A DNA stretch of 26,127 bases from positions 1-26,127 of the forward strand of contig NW_021835637.1 in NCBI RefSeq assembly GCF_006345805.1, read 5' to 3'. The stretch is from Octopus sinensis. Its lineage: Eukaryota. The notes under the pieces are model-generated. The model had not been told where the DNA came from. It ran no database searches and worked only from the letters and a program-made list of their open reading frames with translations. The position numbers were made by a program, and so were the translations under genes. Shown here piece after piece: positions 21,255-26,127 of this stretch (within the stretch, counting starts at the first letter, position 1; each line of letters opens with the position of its first letter).

Positions 21255-21535
21255 TATATATATATGAGAGAGAGAGATATTAAAGTAAAAATGAAAAAGC
21301 AAAGCGTTTACCATCACTTGAAAAGAACATTTAATTTAGATAGATATGTAGGTTGCAAAAACTCTTTATTTATTTCTATGAAACTGGCTTCTTTCAGTTT
21401 CTGTCTACTAAATGTACTCACAGGGCTTTGGTCAGCCCAAGTCTATAATAGAAGACACTTGCCCTAAATGTCACACACTGGGACAGAACCTGAAACCATG
21501 TGGTTGCGAAGCAAACTTCTTACCACACAGCCACA
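21057..21535 (-). mobile_element. SINE family B copy split by (TA)n expansion and extra sequence
   Basis: 21385-21535 matches 19070-19220 and 21060-21180 matches 18945-19060. A further tail fragment lies at ~21765-21810. Confidence 0.8.
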
Positions 21536-23545
21536 CACAAAAAAAAATTAATAAAATTACCATCCCCAAATATAACAATCTAGTAATAATTGAAAATTAG
21601 TCTCCATTATAATAATACATATATTCACAATGAAATTTGATAAAAGTTGTATTTATAATTATTGTGTACCATAATTCCTCATGTTAACCATCATAGCAAA
21701 AATATACTTTGAAATTTACCCCACATGATTAATGTACATGCCCTACCCCCACTGTTTGTGTACATTCTTTACTAGTTTCAGTCAGTCAACCATGGTCATG
21801 CTGGAGAACCAACATTATGGTATCAGTGTTATAAATATCAATATTAATCTCTGTCCTGGTTTTATAGGATTTTCTTCAGAGATTTCTTGGTTTACAGTTT
21901 GGCCATCAGCTAATAAAATTTGTGCTTTAGAGTCAAACCACACTTTGGTAATTCTTTATATATGTCTCTAGAATTATATTTAGCTGAGCCTGTGCAAGGT
22001 TTCTGCCTAATTTTGTTTTTACATTTTAGCTATTTATTTATTTTATTTTATTTATCTAGCTAGCTGTCAGAAAGCTATGTTGTAAATTAGCATTTTCTTG
22101 GCTTACATTTAAAAAAATGTTCTTCCATTTTGTTTTAATCATTATTTACTTGTGGTTATATTAATTTCTTAATTGAGTAATATCAATTAGAAAGATGTTT
22201 TATTTTTACAGATATTTGCTTAATATTCCTTTTAATAATTTCTTTTTAAAAAATATAGTAATTAATATAAAAATATTAAAAATTGTAAAAAATAAATAAC
22301 ACCAATGTGGGCTGCAGTGGGATGAATCTATAAATTTAATGGTGTCAAAGAAAGAGACAAAGGAATTATTACATGCTGAATCAGCTGGTAGATATATCTT
22401 TATCTCACTTTCAAAGAAATTGTAATTATAAAGGCCAAACATTGCACTTAACTGTACCAATGCTATCACAACAGCTCCAGTTTAAACAAAATATCTTCAA
22501 GATCTCAATGATTGGTTTTCTACAGATGACATTTACCATTCCACAGACAAGTTTCAAACACAACCTTCATTTCCCTGTGAAAGTGGTATACCCGTCTAAT
22601 GGAACATTATTCTGGTTATTGATTCTGCTGTTGCTGTTTTTGTCTCCCTGTCCCACAATCCTTCATTCCTTCCCAATACCCTGTTTTATTTTGCCTCTCC
22701 CAATCACTTTTGTCCTCTTTAATAGCCATTTTTAGTTTTGAACCTCTCCTTTTCACTTCCAGGCCTATTGATTTTAAAGATTGCATGACGACTACAAATT
22801 CTCAATTAAAACATTCTCAAGTCTCATGCATATGTATAAAATAATTTTGAAAGCAGTAGAAAACACATGTAAACATATGCTCAATGTACATATGCATACA
22901 TAAATACCCAGTGCATTTATTTATACAACACACACACACATTTTTATATAAACTCACATAAGTACACACATATATATTTCATCATGTTGAACCATTAATC
23001 CCTACACATTTTTTCTCTCTCCATTTTTTACCTCTCAATCATTTCTATTGGAGAGCGTAAGCTCAAAATGTCAAAGACTTTTCCATTCTTCCCAAGCATT
23101 AAACTAATACACCTACATGTTGTTCCTTCAACTGTCTTCATCTTTCATTTTCTGTAAATTTGAACTATGTACACACACATACACAAACAAATATCATAGC
23201 AACATTTATACATAGATAATCCTTATACAATACACACATGCATGTGCATGCATATGCACACACACATAAACACATACAGGCATCTCAAAGCTAAATAGAC
23301 ATTGTTTCAATTCAAATAAATTGTATTTGAATGGTTTATTTTTAGAAAGAAAATAATGTCATTTGATGCATTTGAATACTTAACCTAGTATTCTGTAGGC
23401 ATGCTTTGTACAGTTTTTAAAGATTTAACACATTTAAGCATTGTATTTATAAGTAGTGTCCACACAAATAAAATAGCATAATATGTGTGAGTGTATACAT
23501 ACATACATCATCACTGGAGCACACTCTAAAGAATAGGGCAGTAAT

Positions 23546-23698
23546 ATATTTACATCCAGTTAAATATGTCTGGTCATAGAGTGACCAATGATTTCGCATC
23601 CCTAAAGTGCTTAGCGTTATAGGTAACCCAAGTACTTTAGGGATGTGAAACTGTTGGTCACCCTATGACCAGACATATATTTAACTGCATGTAAATAT
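23546..23698. mobile_element. 153-bp near-perfect hairpin (small MITE-like element)
   Basis: 23546-23614 is the near reverse complement of 23628-23698, with a 13-nt spacer. Confidence 0.75.
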
Positions 23699-23877
23699 GA
23701 GTGAGTGGACAAATGGAAGGAAAAGGCACTCAACACACTTTTTAGGAGTTGCATGTATTATTTAAAACAGTTTGATTCAGCTCTGTGTGACTTAAAGTTT
23801 CACAGGCATAGATTTCCAAATCAGAAACCGAAGCCTGAAAGAGACAGGTTTCTGTTACTAGCCTGCAAAACTATAAT

Positions 23878-24110
23878 CACCAGACTGGGCTGCAGGTTGT
23901 GTTCTTGAGCAAGATGCTTTATTTCACGTTGCTCCAGTTCCCTCAGCTGTAGAAGTTAGTTGTGATGTCACTGGAGCCAAGTTGTATCAGCTTTTGCCTT
24001 TCTATTGGATAACATTGGTGGTGTGAAGAGGGGAGACCAGTATGCATGGGCGAATGCTAGTCTTCCATAAACAATCTCATGGTCATTCATGACCGAAGGG
24101 GGTCTTTACA
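23878..24110 (+). mobile_element. SINE-like repeat family F
   Basis: ttgtgttcttgagcaagatgctttatttcacgttgctccag (CORE-like start) through catggtcattcatgaccgaagggggtctttac, then (CA)n. Family recognised from memory; single copy here. Confidence 0.55.
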
Positions 24111-25430
24111 CACACACACACACACGCGCACACACACACACGCACACACACACACACACACACATTTATTTAGTTTGGTTTAGAAGTGGGGCAGCACTGA
24201 TGACTTTTGCAGGTACTGTCAGTGATGAGATTGATATTATTGCAGGTTTTGTTTAAACTAGCAACAAGTTAAGATGAACAGGAAAGAAATATTAGAAGGG
24301 GTGGTTTTCTAGAGAGGAAAGAATGGAATTAGTGGTTAGTGTGAGACCTGTTTGAGATAGAGGCTGGAGGCTGTGGATACAAGAAAGGTGACAAAAGGTG
24401 GAGAGATGAGTGGATTAGGAGATTGTGAGCAGTTATGGTGTTGGAAGGTACAAGATGACCCAACTCTGTGAAACAGAGGCTAAACTAGAAGAGGTAAAGA
24501 GAGAAGACACCAAACATGTGGGAAGGTGGATGAAGTTTGTGTGGATGTATGTGTATGTATTTATGTGTTTATTTGTATGTTTGTATATGTGTATTATTAT
24601 TATTATGCATATATGCTTATGTATGTATGTGTGTGTATATGCATGCATGTATGAATGTATGTGTATATGCATGTATGTATATGCATGTATGAATGTATGG
24701 GTATGTGTACATGCATGTCTATGTTTATGCACATATATCTATGTGAAACACAACATACATGTTAATTCATTATCATTACATTCCAAATAATTTATGAAGA
24801 AATAAAATCTGATCATAAAGTCAGAGGAAGAAGAAAGGGACTCTTTACAAGGTCTTTTAGATGGTGGGGTGGAGTAAGGAAGGAAGTTATCTTTAGACTA
24901 GGGAAGTGAGTGTTTGCAATAGTAATGTTGAAGACAACCAAGAACTGGTGATGGTAGGGGTAATGTTGTCTAATGGTGATAAGCACCTGCACAAGCCTGA
25001 TTTCAACTACCAAAATTGATTCATTTGATCAGGTTTGGATTGAAAGAAGGGAAAACTATTTGTTTCTGCTTGTCTCTGATACTGTAACCCTGCAATAGAC
25101 TTATTTAATTTTTTTTATAAGTATGTTGTGTTTCAAAAATATACCTTCATTTAAAACTGTAAACAGTATCTTTTAAGGCATTTTATCATATTATTTCCCG
25201 CTAAAATGTTTAGAAATTCACAGCTTTGATCTTTCAGTATTAAATATTCTGATTTTTCAGTCTCTTGAAATTCAGATTTCTCACCTTCCACCTTCTCATG
25301 TTCAGCATTAAGACCCAAATCTGTTTGGATCAAACTCAATACACATGTGTATGTATGTGTGTATAGATATCTATGTGTATGTATATATATATATAGTTGT
25401 GTGAGTGTGTATGTATATATATATATATAT

Positions 25431-25469
<39 letters not shown>

Positions 25470-25904
25470 ATGAGTAGAGATGGCTTTTTTGATGGTGGGG
25501 AAGACTACTCCAAGGGAGGTAAATGTTATTTTTCAAAAAATTGTCTGGATTTCTTTTTATCATTGACTGGTGAGAGAGAGAGAGAGAGTGTGTGTGCGCG
25601 TGTGGGTGCCTGTGTATCTGAAAGGAGTGTCAATAGAAAAGAGAAGGAAAGAAAGAAGGAAGAAAGAAAAACAATGTGTTTACATCTTTGCAGCTGAAGA
25701 AGAAAAAATGTGTTGACATCTGTACAGTTCTTTCAATCCAATGTTTGATTCCCATGCTGGTATAGGTTGGAAAATCTGGATGTAAGATTGTTTCTATTTA
25801 TGTATATGTACATATGTATAGTACTCTGTGTGTGTGTGCGTGTGTGTGTGTTTAATACAATTTACTTTACAAAATTGGTCCTTCATTCAGTACAAATCAT
25901 TACA

Positions 25905-26127
25905 GAAGTATTTTAAGCCATTCAGTTTGGGGGAGAACTTTGTTATGAAGTATTTTTCCATATTTTTCCTGAAGGAGGTGTCTTTCTTTGGACATTTGTA
26001 GAAGGGAAAGATATTAAACATTCCTTCTCCACATGTATCTAAGTTTTTACTCAGTGGAATCTTTCGCAGTTCCTCCTGTCAGACATGTTGTCGGCGAATT
26101 CTGGCTCGGCATAGAAGTCCAGTTTTA
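25905..26127 (-). pseudogene. Penelope-like element GIY-YIG endonuclease C-terminal remnant; runs off window end
   Basis: Minus frame: KTGLLCRARIRRQHV*QEELRKIPLSKNLDTCGEGMFNIFPFYKCPKKDTSFRKNMEKYFITKFSPKLN, with the R..H...E..FI..F.P.LN pattern of PLE endonucleases. Confidence 0.8.

Noticed and set aside
22290-22735. 120-aa plus-strand ORF and alternative exon models in unique DNA
   Set aside because: No recognisable domain; mutually incompatible models on both strands with weak splice sites; the 3' part is pyrimidine-rich low complexity.
24425-24790. Long ORFs on both strands (also 1134-1322, 2826-3066, 6118-6409, 9767-10068, 13581-14566, 25336-25697)
   Set aside because: Stop-free frames produced by (TA/TG/CA/GA)n microsatellites.
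26079-26081. In-frame TGA in the GIY-YIG remnant as selenocysteine (known in some PLE clades)
   Set aside because: Context suggests Arg CGA>TGA CpG decay; no SECIS seen and the element is otherwise decayed.
1-26127. CRISPR array, rRNA, prokaryotic operon or Fanzor/TnpB ORF
   Set aside because: No regularly spaced repeat-spacer array, rRNA-like sequence or RuvC-like ORF seen; all long ORFs are explained by retroelements or low complexity.

Overview
AT-rich, microsatellite-dense eukaryotic DNA, either intergenic or deep intronic. The repeat families most resemble those of octopus (cephalopod) genomes; this is pattern recognition, not a database result. No host protein-coding gene can be confidently identified, and most listed ORFs are microsatellite artefacts or transposon remnants. 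Decayed coding remnants: two Penelope-like elements (RT plus thumb at ~3130-4255; GIY-YIG end at ~25905-26127), RTE and Vingi/Ingi-like LINE fragments, and an internally deleted Ty3/gypsy element. Non-coding elements: several tRNA-derived SINE families, non-autonomous Helitron-like elements, and two foldback/MITE hairpins. The most notable signal is five degenerate minimal type-I hammerhead ribozyme motifs from three families. Four of them form inverted pairs, and one family is fused to a tRNA-like Pol III head, suggesting a SINE/retrozyme-like element.
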